A DNA stretch of 34,007 bases from a virus. Taxonomy: Duplodnaviria; Caudoviricetes. The position numbers were made by a program, and so were the translations under genes. Shown piece after piece: positions 1 to 8,827 of this stretch. The notes beneath the pieces were generated by a model. It was not told the DNA's origin. It searched no databases and saw only the letters and a list, made by a program, of their open reading frames with translations. The stretch covers positions 1 through 34,007 of the IMG/VR virus record IMGVR_UViG_3300034073_000494. One strand, 5' to 3'. Numbering within the stretch: the first letter of the stretch is position 1; each line of letters opens with the position of its first letter.

Positions 1-14
1 ACGAGGGTAATACC

Positions 15-398
15 GTGAGTGCTTTTTCAAACTATTTAGAGAATAAGGTTTTAGACCATGTGTTTGGTGGGGTGGCGTATAGCGCGCCAGCCACGCTGTA
101 CTTGGCGCTGTATACCAGCGACCCCGGCGACGATAACTCGGGCACCGAGTGCAGCGGCACGTCTTATGCTCGGCAGACTATTGCCTTTACCGTGACCAAT
201 GACACGGCATCGAATACGTCAGCGGTGGAGTTTCCGACCGCAGGCAGCGCGTGGGGCACCATCACGCATGTCGGCATCTTGGACGCTCTGACCAGCGGCA
301 ACCTGCTTGCTCATGGCGCACTGACGGCCAGCAAGACGGTGGCGCAGGGTGACGTGTTCCGCGTGCCGGCCGGCGACTTAGATATTACGTTGGCTTAA
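15..398 (+). CDS. virion structural/tail-associated protein
   Basis: GTG start after GAGGG; SNYLENKVLDH...YLALYTSDPGD...YARQ...WGTITH pattern is typical of small beta-rich phage tail-region proteins; lies upstream of the tail fibre. Confidence 0.7.
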   Translation: MSAFSNYLENKVLDHVFGGVAYSAPATLYLALYTSDPGDDNSGTECSGTSYARQTIAFTVTNDTASNTSAVEFPTAGSAWGTITHVGILDALTSGNLLAHGALTASKTVAQGDVFRVPAGDLDITLA

Positions 399-401
399 CG
401 C

Positions 402-1007
402 ATGGCCGGTTTCGGCTCTGGACTTTATGGGTATGGAAACTATGGCATAGACCCCAAGGAGGGGCAGGCCACCTTAGCCGCTGCGGCGGCTTTGGCGTGC
501 GAGGGGGTATTAGTCCAGCAAGGCGCGGCCACGCTTAATGCAGCCGCTACATTGACCGCAGACGCCGAGCGTATCCATCAAGGTGCGGCAGCGTTAGCGG
601 CAGCGGCGACACAGACGACTGTAGCCGAACGGATACACCAAGGCGCTGCGGCGCTATCGGCTGCGGCGGCACTCGCCTGCGACAGCGAGCGTATCCATCA
701 AGGTGCGGCGCTGCTGCCAGCGGTGGCGACACAGACGACGAGTGCCGAGAGGATTCACCAAAGCGGTTCCATCCTCTTGGCAGAAGGCTCCACGCTGGTG
801 GCGGGGCAGCAGATTGACATTGGCATGGCGCACTTGTTCGCCACGTCTACGTTGAGCTGCGCAGGGCGCTTGAAGTGGGAGACGGAGCCTGACACCGCAG
901 AGGTGTGGACGGTGCAGGACGATACGGCAGAGGCGTGGACGCCGGTGAGCGACACGCCAGAGACTTGGACGACCAAAACTTTCCCAGCTTATTTAGAAGC
1001 TGCTTGA
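402..1007 (+). CDS. repeat-containing virion structural protein
   Basis: Four 20-aa repeats with the core ERIHQ(G/S), plus C-terminal 10-aa W-x4-DT-x-E repeats; tail module context. Confidence 0.6.
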   Translation: MAGFGSGLYGYGNYGIDPKEGQATLAAAAALACEGVLVQQGAATLNAAATLTADAERIHQGAAALAAAATQTTVAERIHQGAAALSAAAALACDSERIHQGAALLPAVATQTTSAERIHQSGSILLAEGSTLVAGQQIDIGMAHLFATSTLSCAGRLKWETEPDTAEVWTVQDDTAEAWTPVSDTPETWTTKTFPAYLEAA

Positions 1008-1018
1008 GGTAACTAGAG

Positions 1019-2410
1019 ATGGCTGACACGAATACTACCAACCTGTCCCTAATCAAGCCCGAGGTCGGCGCGTCTGCCGATACATGGGGCGGCAAGCTCA
1101 ACACGAACCTAGACACCATCGATGGCATCTTCAAAGATGACGGCACGGGTACGTCTGTGGGCTTGCAGGTGGGCAGCGGCAAGACGCTCAAAGTCACCGG
1201 CACTTGTAACCTTGATACCGCCGTCACCATCAACGACTCCGGCGCCGACGTTGACTTTCGCATTGAATCGGATACTAACGCCAATGCGTTTTTCTTGGAT
1301 GGGGCGACGGGAAATATCGGCATCAGCCTCACGCCTCGCGCATGGAGTGGGTACAGGGCAGTTGACATTGCTGGCCCCGGAGCAATTGCGTCCACCGATG
1401 GGGGGGATACTTTCACGCAAGTCGCACACGGTTCTTGGTTCGACGGGACAAACTGGATTTATCAATACACCGGAGTTGGTGCCGCTCGGTATCAGATGAC
1501 CGGCCCTTCTGGGGGAGGTAATCATTCTTGGTATGTCGCCGGAACCGGCACCGCAGGCAACGCCATCACGTTCACGCAGGCGATGACGCTGACGGCGTCG
1601 GGTCGACTTGGATTGGGGGTTACATCACCAACTAGCTTTATTCACGCAAAAGACCCTGCTGCTGCTGATACGACGTATCGGTTTGAGCCATCGACAAACT
1701 CATACAAAAGCACGCTGTATGTCAGTTCATCGTCGTCTGGTGACGGCGGTATTCGTTACGATTCAAATCTGAATCAAACTACGCTAATTTCTTACGGCAA
1801 CATGCTGTTCTGCGTAGGAACAACAAACATTTCTGGCTCTGTCGGAGACGAACGCGCACGCATCACGAGCGGGGGGGATTTGCTGGTTGGGACGACTTCA
1901 AACGGCACTTATGGTGGAGTTGTTGCTGCCGTAGATATTGTAAGAACAACAGCAAATCAAAGTGCGTTAAGCGTTAAAAACGCGACGGCTGCCCAGCAAA
2001 CAATTTCAGTGTGGAACGCTGTAGACACTGGGACAATATATTTTATTGAATTTGCCGATAAAGTAAGCCGTACAACAAGAGGGTCAATTACTAGCAACGG
2101 AACATTAACGGCATACAACACATCCTCTGATCGTCGATTAAAAGAAAACATTGCTCCAGCCGATGATGCGGGTTCAGTTATTGATGCTATTAAAATCGTC
2201 AAGCACGATTGGAAGGCTGGCGGGCATACGCGATATGGTGCAATTGCCCAAGACCTTCACGCTGTTGCGCCAGAAGCCGTTACGGTCGGAGATGATGGTG
2301 AAGAAGTAGAACGCGCTTGGGGCGTGGACTACAGCAAACTCGTCCCAATGCTGGTCAAGGAAATCCAATCCCTACGCGCAAGAGTCGCCGCACTTGAAGG
2401 AGCTAACTAA
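1019..2410 (+). CDS. tail fibre with C-terminal intramolecular chaperone (peptidase S74-type)
   Basis: N-terminal anchor [28 protein letters not shown]; G/T/S-rich shaft with ERARITSGG motif; [10 protein letters not shown] autocleavage motif; ends [25 protein letters not shown]. Confidence 0.9.
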   Translation: MADTNTTNLSLIKPEVGASADTWGGKLNTNLDTIDGIFKDDGTGTSVGLQVGSGKTLKVTGTCNLDTAVTINDSGADVDFRIESDTNANAFFLDGATGNIGISLTPRAWSGYRAVDIAGPGAIASTDGGDTFTQVAHGSWFDGTNWIYQYTGVGAARYQMTGPSGGGNHSWYVAGTGTAGNAITFTQAMTLTASGRLGLGVTSPTSFIHAKDPAAADTTYRFEPSTNSYKSTLYVSSSSSGDGGIRYDSNLNQTTLISYGNMLFCVGTTNISGSVGDERARITSGGDLLVGTTSNGTYGGVVAAVDIVRTTANQSALSVKNATAAQQTISVWNAVDTGTIYFIEFADKVSRTTRGSITSNGTLTAYNTSSDRRLKENIAPADDAGSVIDAIKIVKHDWKAGGHTRYGAIAQDLHAVAPEAVTVGDDGEEVERAWGVDYSKLVPMLVKEIQSLRARVAALEGAN

Positions 2411-2622
2411 TGGACATGCAAACTTTGAAAGGCGCACTCAAATCTAAGACGGTTTGGTGGAACGTGCTGCTGGCGTTGCTGGCTAGTCTGGAAATGTTCG
2501 CAGGAAATCTCACCGTGCTATTCGGGCAAGACGTTGCCGCCAGCATTTTGTTGGTCGGGGCGATGGCGAATTTGGTGTTGCGCGTGGTGACGACGCAGGC
2601 TCTAGCCGATAAAGCCAAATGA
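2410..2622 (+). CDS. small two-TM holin-like protein
   Basis: 70 aa, two hydrophobic segments, first gene of the lysis cluster; TAATG coupling to the fibre gene. Confidence 0.55.
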   Translation: MDMQTLKGALKSKTVWWNVLLALLASLEMFAGNLTVLFGQDVAASILLVGAMANLVLRVVTTQALADKAK

Positions 2623-2798
2623 CCGTTGAAACGAAAGACCTGCGGATCTTAAAGACGGACTATGGTCACAAGATCAAAGCCGTGGAGTCGCGGGTCTATC
2701 GTTTGGAACAACGCATGAGTTGGGTAGAGAAGCTGTTATGGCTTTCAGCAGGAGCAGTGATTAGTTGGTTAGCAACAGTCTTGGTACGGAGTTTATGA
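2619..2798 (+). CDS. small coiled-coil + C-terminal TM protein (not in ORF track)
   Basis: Read manually: MTVETKDLRILKTDYGHKIKAVESRVYRLEQRMSWVEKLLWLSAGAVISWLATVLVRSL; ATGA overlap with the previous gene and fills the gap exactly. Confidence 0.65.
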   Translation: MTVETKDLRILKTDYGHKIKAVESRVYRLEQRMSWVEKLLWLSAGAVISWLATVLVRSL

Positions 2799-2799
2799 G

Positions 2800-3024
2800 A
2801 TGGAAGACGGACAGATTCTCTTTAACATCGTTGTCGGTGTAGCCGGTATGTTTGGCGGCTGGATTCTAAACAACATCAGCCGCAGCATTGACCGTCTGGA
2901 CAAAGACGTGCGAAACATGCCACTGACGTATGTGACGCAGACCAGCTACCAGCGCGACATTGACGAGATTAAGGGCATGCTGCGCCTCATCTTTGACAAG
3001 TTGGACGACAAGGCTGACAAGTGA
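2800..3024 (+). CDS. N-terminal TM + coiled-coil lysis-region protein
   Basis: 74 aa, one TM helix followed by an amphipathic helix ending KLDDKADK. Confidence 0.6.
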   Translation: MEDGQILFNIVVGVAGMFGGWILNNISRSIDRLDKDVRNMPLTYVTQTSYQRDIDEIKGMLRLIFDKLDDKADK

Positions 3025-3176
3025 CCACCGCAGAGCTAGTCATCAAGGCATGGCCTATTTTCTTAGGCATCATTACGCTCATTATCATCCTCGCCAAGAT
3101 GGATGTGCGGCTGGCCGTGGTGGAGGAGAAGATTAAGACCTTGTTTGATTTGTTCAATAAGAAGGTAGACAAGTAA
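3021..3176 (+). CDS. small TM + coiled-coil protein (not in ORF track)
   Basis: Read manually: MTTAELVIKAWPIFLGIITLIIILAKMDVRLAVVEEKIKTLFDLFNKKVDK; GTGA and TAATG overlaps on both sides. Confidence 0.65.
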   Translation: MTTAELVIKAWPIFLGIITLIIILAKMDVRLAVVEEKIKTLFDLFNKKVDK

Positions 3177-3577
3177 TGTGGCAGCAGCTCTTACCGTTCG
3201 CGGCCAAGATTGTTGACAAGCTCATCCCTGACCCAGAGGCCAAGGCCAAGGCACAGATGGACTTGGCAAAGATGGCCCAAGAGGGCGAGCTTGCCAAGAT
3301 GGCGAATGAGACAGAGCTATACAAGACAGAGCAGGACAACATCACAAGCCGTTGGCAGGCAGATGCCGCCACAGACTCATGGCTTGCTCAAAATATACGC
3401 CCGATGACGCTGGCCTATATCTTGAGTGCGTACTTGGGGCTTGCCCTGCTAGACGGCTTTGGCGTGAAGGTGGCAGAGGCTTACGTCACGCTACTCGGCC
3501 AGTGGGGGATGCTCGTGATGTCGGCCTACTTTGGCGGCCGCACGCTAGAGAAGATTATGGACAAGAGGGGGAAATGA
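3176..3577 (+). CDS. holin (GTA-type 3TM holin family)
   Basis: DKLIPDPEAKAKAQ...RWQAD...SWLAQNIRP...AYFGGRTLEK pattern; immediately upstream of the endolysin. Confidence 0.8.
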   Translation: MWQQLLPFAAKIVDKLIPDPEAKAKAQMDLAKMAQEGELAKMANETELYKTEQDNITSRWQADAATDSWLAQNIRPMTLAYILSAYLGLALLDGFGVKVAEAYVTLLGQWGMLVMSAYFGGRTLEKIMDKRGK

Positions 3578-3951
3578 TGGACTGGAAGCTCTACCCCAAT
3601 TTTTCGGCCAAGGAATTCGATTGCTCGCATTGCGGCAAGAATGAGATGCAGCCCGAATTCTTGAGCCGCCTGCAAGCTTTGCGCATGAAGTACGGCAAGC
3701 CGATGCGGGTGACGAGCGGCTATCGCTGCCCAGAGCATCCCATTGAGGCCAAGAAGGCCAAGCCCGGTGCGCACGCAAGTGGCTGCGCCTGCGACATTGG
3801 CGTGGAGGGGGCTGACGCTCATCGCCTCTTGCGTTTGGCGCTAGAGCTGGGCTTCACGGGCATTGGCGTGCAGCAGAAAGGCACGGGGCGGTTTTTGCAC
3901 TTGGACACGTTAGAAGGCCCAACTCGGCCGGGCCTGTGGACGTACCCTTGA
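3574..3951 (+). CDS. endolysin, peptidase M15A-type Zn peptidase
   Basis: NFSAKEFDCSHCG, VTSGYRCPEH, H-x6-D (HASGCACD) and FLHLD motifs; start moved from 3352 to ATG 3574/3577, which overlaps the holin stop. Confidence 0.88.
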   Translation: MMDWKLYPNFSAKEFDCSHCGKNEMQPEFLSRLQALRMKYGKPMRVTSGYRCPEHPIEAKKAKPGAHASGCACDIGVEGADAHRLLRLALELGFTGIGVQQKGTGRFLHLDTLEGPTRPGLWTYP

Positions 3952-3958
3952 GGTTTTG

Positions 3959-5434
3959 ATGCTTATACCTATCAACATCCAGCCGGGCGTGTACCGCAAT
4001 GGCACTCAGTACCAAAGTAAGGGGCGTTGGTTCGATGCCAACCTCGTGCGCTGGTACGAAGGCACCATGCGGCCTGTGGGCGGCTGGCGCAAGCGTGCGA
4101 GCGGGCAGCTCTCGGGCAAGTGCCGTGGGCTACTGACATGGCGCACCAACGCCAATGCGCGTTGGATTGCGCTCGGCACGCACACGCATCTCTATGTGAT
4201 GAACGAGGCCGGTACGCTCACCGACATCACGCCAACGGGCTTCACGACAGGCAATGCAGATGCATTACTTAACCTTGCTTATGGCGGTGGCCCGTATGGC
4301 CTCTTTGCCTACGGCACGCCCAGAGCCGATACCGGCACGCTGACGCCTGCCACGACGTGGACGCTCGACAACTGGGGCGAGTTCCTGCTGGCGTGCAGCA
4401 ATGCCGACGGCAAGATATACGAGTGGGACTTAGACACGAACAATGACGGCGTGGCGTTAGCCAATGCGCCAATCAACAACAAGGCGGTGATGGTCACGGC
4501 CGAGCGGTTTGTGTTTGCACTCGGCGCAGGCGGTAACGCTCGCCGCGTGGCATGGTCTGACCAAGAAAACAACACGATGTGGACGGCGAGCATCACGAAC
4601 CAAGCCGGCGACATTGACTTGGAGACGTCAGGCTCTATCGTGACCGGCAAGCGCCTGCGCGGTGTCAATCTGATATTCACCGACGTGGACGTGCATGCCG
4701 CCCAGTACCAAGGCCCGCCCTTTGTGTACGGCTTTGAGCGTATCGCCACAGGCTGCGGCGTGATTAGTGCGCAGTCCGTAGCGGCGGTGGAGTCGGTGGC
4801 CTATTGGTGGTCACCGTCAGGCTTCTTCATGTACGACGGTTTTGTGCGGCCCCTCAAGTGTGACGTGCTGGATTACGTCACACAGAATCTGTCCAGCGTG
4901 CAACGCTCAAAGATTTATGCGGTTGCCAATAACCAGTTCGGTGAGGTGTGGTGGTTTTATCCCTCTGCGACCAGCACAGAGGTTGACTCGTATGTGGCCT
5001 ATAATTACCGAGAGGGGCACTGGACGATTGGCACACTAGGTCGCACCGCCGGCACTGACCGTGGCGTGTTTACTTACCCCATCATGGTGTCAACGGATGG
5101 ATACGTCTACGAGCATGAGGTGGGCGTGGAGTACGACAACGGTGCGCCGTATGCAGAGAGTGGCCCAATTGAGTTGGGCAACGGCGATAGGGTGCTAGTA
5201 GCCAAGCAGCTGATTGCGGATGAGAAAACGCAAGGCTCTGTCAGCGTGCAATTTAAGACTAAGTTCACGCCCAACTCATCCGAAGGCACTAAGAGCTACA
5301 CGATTGACAGCAATTACACGCCAGTGAGATTCACGGGCAGACAGATTGCGATGCGTGTCACAGGCGTCACGCCCAACACCGATTGGCGTGTTGGCGTGAT
5401 GCGCTTAGACGCCACGCAAGGCGGTGAGCGATGA
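3959..5434 (+). CDS. tail hub/nozzle protein (P22 gp10-like DNA stabilisation protein)
   Basis: About 490 aa, beta-propeller-like W/Y-rich sequence (WSDQEN, EVWWFYP, YNYREGHW); sits before the GNAT-like and ejection genes as in podoviruses; family is inferred. Confidence 0.6.
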   Translation: MLIPINIQPGVYRNGTQYQSKGRWFDANLVRWYEGTMRPVGGWRKRASGQLSGKCRGLLTWRTNANARWIALGTHTHLYVMNEAGTLTDITPTGFTTGNADALLNLAYGGGPYGLFAYGTPRADTGTLTPATTWTLDNWGEFLLACSNADGKIYEWDLDTNNDGVALANAPINNKAVMVTAERFVFALGAGGNARRVAWSDQENNTMWTASITNQAGDIDLETSGSIVTGKRLRGVNLIFTDVDVHAAQYQGPPFVYGFERIATGCGVISAQSVAAVESVAYWWSPSGFFMYDGFVRPLKCDVLDYVTQNLSSVQRSKIYAVANNQFGEVWWFYPSATSTEVDSYVAYNYREGHWTIGTLGRTAGTDRGVFTYPIMVSTDGYVYEHEVGVEYDNGAPYAESGPIELGNGDRVLVAKQLIADEKTQGSVSVQFKTKFTPNSSEGTKSYTIDSNYTPVRFTGRQIAMRVTGVTPNTDWRVGVMRLDATQGGER

Positions 5435-5805
5435 ACATGATGGACGATGAAATGCGCTGGATTGCGCCATTCCGCGAGCTAATTGAGCGTGCGCTGGCAG
5501 AGGGGTACGGCCAGCTTTCGTATCAGGACGTCATTACTGGAATCAACAAAGGCGAGTACCAGTTTTGGGCGGCTGAGAATTCATGCGTGGTCACGACCAT
5601 TGACGTGTTTCCGCAGATGAAGCAGCTCACGATTATTTTGGGTGCGGGCGACTTGGCCGAGATTGATACCAAGATTCGCCCTGTGATTGAGGACTGGGCG
5701 CGCGAGATTAAGTGTGACGCGCTGATTATCTTTGGACGCCCCGGCTGGCAGCGGGCATTAGAAGGTTACCGCCGCACGGCGGTGGTACTGGAGAAAAGAC
5801 TGTGA
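5431..5805 (+). CDS. GNAT-like virion assembly protein (positional analogue of P22 gp14/T7 gp13)
   Basis: 124 aa ending IEDWAREIKCD...GRPGWQRAL; position between the hub and ejection genes. Confidence 0.55.
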   Translation: MNMMDDEMRWIAPFRELIERALAEGYGQLSYQDVITGINKGEYQFWAAENSCVVTTIDVFPQMKQLTIILGAGDLAEIDTKIRPVIEDWAREIKCDALIIFGRPGWQRALEGYRRTAVVLEKRL

Positions 5806-7319
5806 GCAATTTATTCAAGTCTAAAAAAGAGACAACCCAAAAGACGGAGATTGACCCTAGGGTTTATAACGAGGTGCTGCAAAACTTGCAGCTCGCTCGC
5901 CAAATCTCTCAGATTCCGTTCCAGCCTTACGGCGGCATGATGGTCGCGCCGTTTACCCGCGATTACATGGTCGGCGAACAAATGACCCGCGACATTGCGC
6001 GACAGGGCGGCTTTGTTCCAGAGATTGAGGGTGCTGCACGGCAGGCCCAGCAGCTCATGGGCTTTCAGCCGCAGCAGGCGCAAGCCGAGCGTGTCGGCAC
6101 GCAGTTCACCCCGCAGCAGGTTGCCGCACAGCAGCTCGCCACCACGTTTGGTGCGCGGGATATTGGCAGCGCGTTAGCGGGCGGCCCCGAGCGGGTTGCG
6201 GCAGAGCGTCTTGGCACCACGTTTGGTGCGCGGGATATTACCGGCCCCGGCGCTGCGCCTGTCGCGCAAGCCGCCTCTGTGCTTGGCCCGCAAGGTGGCA
6301 CCAGCATTGCCGATTACATGAACCCCTTTCAGCAGGGCGTCATTGACGTAGGGCTGTCGGATATTGAACGCGCCGAGGACTTGGCGCGCCGTGAGCGTGC
6401 GCAACGTGCGACCGCAGCGCGGGCGTTTGGTGGTTCGCGTGCGGCGGTTGAGGAAGGCATTGCAGCAGGTGAGGCTGCGCGTGAGCGTAATCGATTTATC
6501 GCAGAGCAACGCGCACAAGCCTTCCGTGACGCCGCTGCGATGCGCGAGGCCGACGTGGGGCGGCAGCAGCAGACGGCGCTTGCCAATCAGGCGGCGGCTC
6601 AGGAGACGATGCGATTGGCGCAAGCCGGTCAAATCAGCAACCAAGAGCGAGACTTGCGCTTGCAGCAGCTTGGCCTCACGGCGGCACAGTCCAACCAAGC
6701 CGCCGCGATGGAAGCGGCTCGTGCCAACCAACAAGCCCAGCAGCAGTATATGCAGATGGGCCTCAGCGCAGAAGAAGCCAACCAGCGTGCGCAGCTCGAC
6801 GCGCAGCGCCTTGGCCTCACGGCAGGGCAGGCCAACCAAGAGGCCGCCATGCGCGCCGCTTTGGCAAACCAGCAGGCAGGCTTGGAGGCGGGCCGCATGG
6901 GCCTCACGGCGCAACAGGCGAACCAAGAGGCGGCACTGCGTGCGCAGCTTGCCAACCAGCAAGCCGGCATTGCTGGCGCAAACTTCCAGCTTGGTGCTGG
7001 ACGGCAGTTCGCCGACCTCGGCCAGCAAGCGCTGCAAAACCGTTATGGCGCGGCAGGCGCTATGACCGGCCTCGGCAGTGCGCAGCAGCAGCTTATGCAG
7101 CAGTATCTCAACGCCCAGCGCGAGGAGTTTATGCGCCGCGTCAACTTCCCGATGCAGCAGCTTGCCATCGCTCAGGGTGCCGTGTCGGCCAGCCCGTACA
7201 ATGTCACACAGTACGGCAAGACAGTTGGCACGCCCTCACCGATGCAGATGATTGGTCAGGCGGCCAGCACGGCAATGGGCATGGGCTGGGGCGGATTTGG
7301 CGGAGGCGGTGGCGGCTAA
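5802..7319 (+). CDS. internal virion/DNA ejection protein, Q/A-rich
   Basis: YMNPFQQGVID and AFGGSR motifs, many ANQ repeats, Gly-rich C-terminus; podovirus ejection-protein position. Confidence 0.7.
   Translation: MSNLFKSKKETTQKTEIDPRVYNEVLQNLQLARQISQIPFQPYGGMMVAPFTRDYMVGEQMTRDIARQGGFVPEIEGAARQAQQLMGFQPQQAQAERVGTQFTPQQVAAQQLATTFGARDIGSALAGGPERVAAERLGTTFGARDITGPGAAPVAQAASVLGPQGGTSIADYMNPFQQGVIDVGLSDIERAEDLARRERAQRATAARAFGGSRAAVEEGIAAGEAARERNRFIAEQRAQAFRDAAAMREADVGRQQQTALANQAAAQETMRLAQAGQISNQERDLRLQQLGLTAAQSNQAAAMEAARANQQAQQQYMQMGLSAEEANQRAQLDAQRLGLTAGQANQEAAMRAALANQQAGLEAGRMGLTAQQANQEAALRAQLANQQAGIAGANFQLGAGRQFADLGQQALQNRYGAAGAMTGLGSAQQQLMQQYLNAQREEFMRRVNFPMQQLAIAQGAVSASPYNVTQYGKTVGTPSPMQMIGQAASTAMGMGWGGFGGGGGG
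6140..6239 (+). repeat. 25-bp exact direct repeat inside the ejection gene
   Basis: CACCACGTTTGGTGCGCGGGATATT at 6140-6164 and 6215-6239 (TTFGARDI twice). Confidence 0.9.
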
Positions 7320-7337
7320 CCGCCGAAGGAGACAACC

Positions 7338-7625
7338 ATGATTGAAGGATTAGAAAACCCAGCCGGCGGCGATGGCCTTGGCGTATTCGGTAAAGAGCTG
7401 AAGAAGAAGCGGCGGCTATCCGACACGCTCAAGGCTTTGTCGGGGCTTGCTGATGACCCGATGGAAGACCCGAACAGCATGTTTTATCAGGACTTGTCTG
7501 CTGATATGGCAATGCCAGAGCCGGGCAGAGGGTCTGCGCCTATGTATGACCCAAATCGACTCTATGGGCGGATGTACCAAATGTATGGCGGCCGGCGCGT
7601 GCGCGGCGGGCTTTTAGGAGAATAA
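7338..7625 (+). CDS. small putative internal virion protein
   Basis: Strong RBS AAGGAG; lies between ejection genes; ends RGGLLGE. Confidence 0.6.
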   Translation: MIEGLENPAGGDGLGVFGKELKKKRRLSDTLKALSGLADDPMEDPNSMFYQDLSADMAMPEPGRGSAPMYDPNRLYGRMYQMYGGRRVRGGLLGE

Positions 7626-7628
7626 GAC

Positions 7629-8825
7629 ATGTCATTGCTTGATGTCATTCGTGGAATCCCAGAGCGGATGGGCCGAGGCATGGAACGCAACATTGGCGGC
7701 CTGCTCGGCATTGACCCAGAGGACATGACCGAGGAGGAGCGGCGGCAAGCGCGGCGCTTGTCCCAAATGGCCGTGTTCGATGCAATGGCACGCGGCACAA
7801 GTCCGATTGCGGGACTACGGCAGGCAGCAGAGTTGCTTGGGGCGCAGCGGGCAGAGCGTGAGCAACGCCGCGAGGCCGAGCAGCGTATGGGTGCAGCACA
7901 GCAGGCAAGCAGTCAAATTGCGGGTCGCTTGCTAGGCGGCGCGCCAATACCGACCGCACCGGGGGCGGCTGCGGGTGATGAGCTGACCGGCGTTAATGTG
8001 CAGTCCCAGTATCGGCGTGACCCGATGGATGCGCTGCGGATGTCAATGACTCCGGGCGGGATGGATGCCATGCAGCTGTCGCCTCAGCTCGGTAATTTGC
8101 TAACTCAAAACGTAGGGCAGCAGGTCGTTGGTGGTGCAATTTATGACCGTGCCACGGGGCAATTCATGCGGCCGCCGGAAGAGCCAAAGCCCGTCACAAG
8201 AATTGGAAGCGAAGACCTTGGCGACAGGGTTGTTACTTATTTCAGCGACGGCTCATCTCAAGTTCAAAGCAAAGGTGTTGCGCCATCCGCAAGAGTGGCA
8301 GGCCAACCAGACTTGAGCAAAGACGAAAGAGACAGAGTTTATAAAGCAAGAGACACCATTAGAGCGTCAGACGAAATTCTTTCGGGATTAGACTCTGCTT
8401 TGGCATTAAGTGACCGCGCATTTGAGGGGCCGCTTGCTGGAACCAGAGCCATGGCAGCAACAGCTCTTCCAGACATCATTGAGCCAGAGGGCGCAAAGGC
8501 CACAATTGAGTTTGATGCCTTGCTGAAGCAGCAAGTTTTGCCGCAGCTTAAAACAGTGTTCGGCGGCAACCCAACTGAGGGCGAAAGAAAGATTTTGCTT
8601 GACCTACAAGGCTCATCGTCAATGCCTCGGGCGGTTAGAAATAACATCATAAGAAGAGCGATTGAGGCTGCGCGTAGAAGGTCGCAAGCCGCAGCAGAGG
8701 AAGTGCAGCAGCTCCTTGGCGGGACTTACTTTGATTTGCCGCCAGCAGGGGCTACGCCAGCGCCGCAGGCTCCGAGTTATATCTTTAGCAATGGCCGCCT
8801 CGTACCATCAAGCAGAGGACAGTAA
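7629..8825 (+). CDS. putative DNA ejection/transfer protein
   Basis: 398 aa, helical; LKTVFGGNPTEGERKIL motif; ejection cluster. Confidence 0.6.
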   Translation: MSLLDVIRGIPERMGRGMERNIGGLLGIDPEDMTEEERRQARRLSQMAVFDAMARGTSPIAGLRQAAELLGAQRAEREQRREAEQRMGAAQQASSQIAGRLLGGAPIPTAPGAAAGDELTGVNVQSQYRRDPMDALRMSMTPGGMDAMQLSPQLGNLLTQNVGQQVVGGAIYDRATGQFMRPPEEPKPVTRIGSEDLGDRVVTYFSDGSSQVQSKGVAPSARVAGQPDLSKDERDRVYKARDTIRASDEILSGLDSALALSDRAFEGPLAGTRAMAATALPDIIEPEGAKATIEFDALLKQQVLPQLKTVFGGNPTEGERKILLDLQGSSSMPRAVRNNIIRRAIEAARRRSQAAAEEVQQLLGGTYFDLPPAGATPAPQAPSYIFSNGRLVPSSRGQ

Positions 8826-8827
8826 AA

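Noticed and set aside
1019-2410. Diversity-generating retroelement target
   Set aside because: No reverse transcriptase and no template/variable repeat pair seen in the window
3352-3573. N-terminal extension of the endolysin given in the ORF track
   Set aside because: It overlaps the holin; the catalytic domain begins at the coupled ATG 3574/3577. Similar over-extended starts were trimmed at 15632, 16518, 19018 and 30358
6174-7065. Long antisense and alternative-frame ORFs (287 aa, 233 aa)
   Set aside because: Shadows of the GC-rich, repetitive Q/A-rich ejection gene; no motifs or RBS
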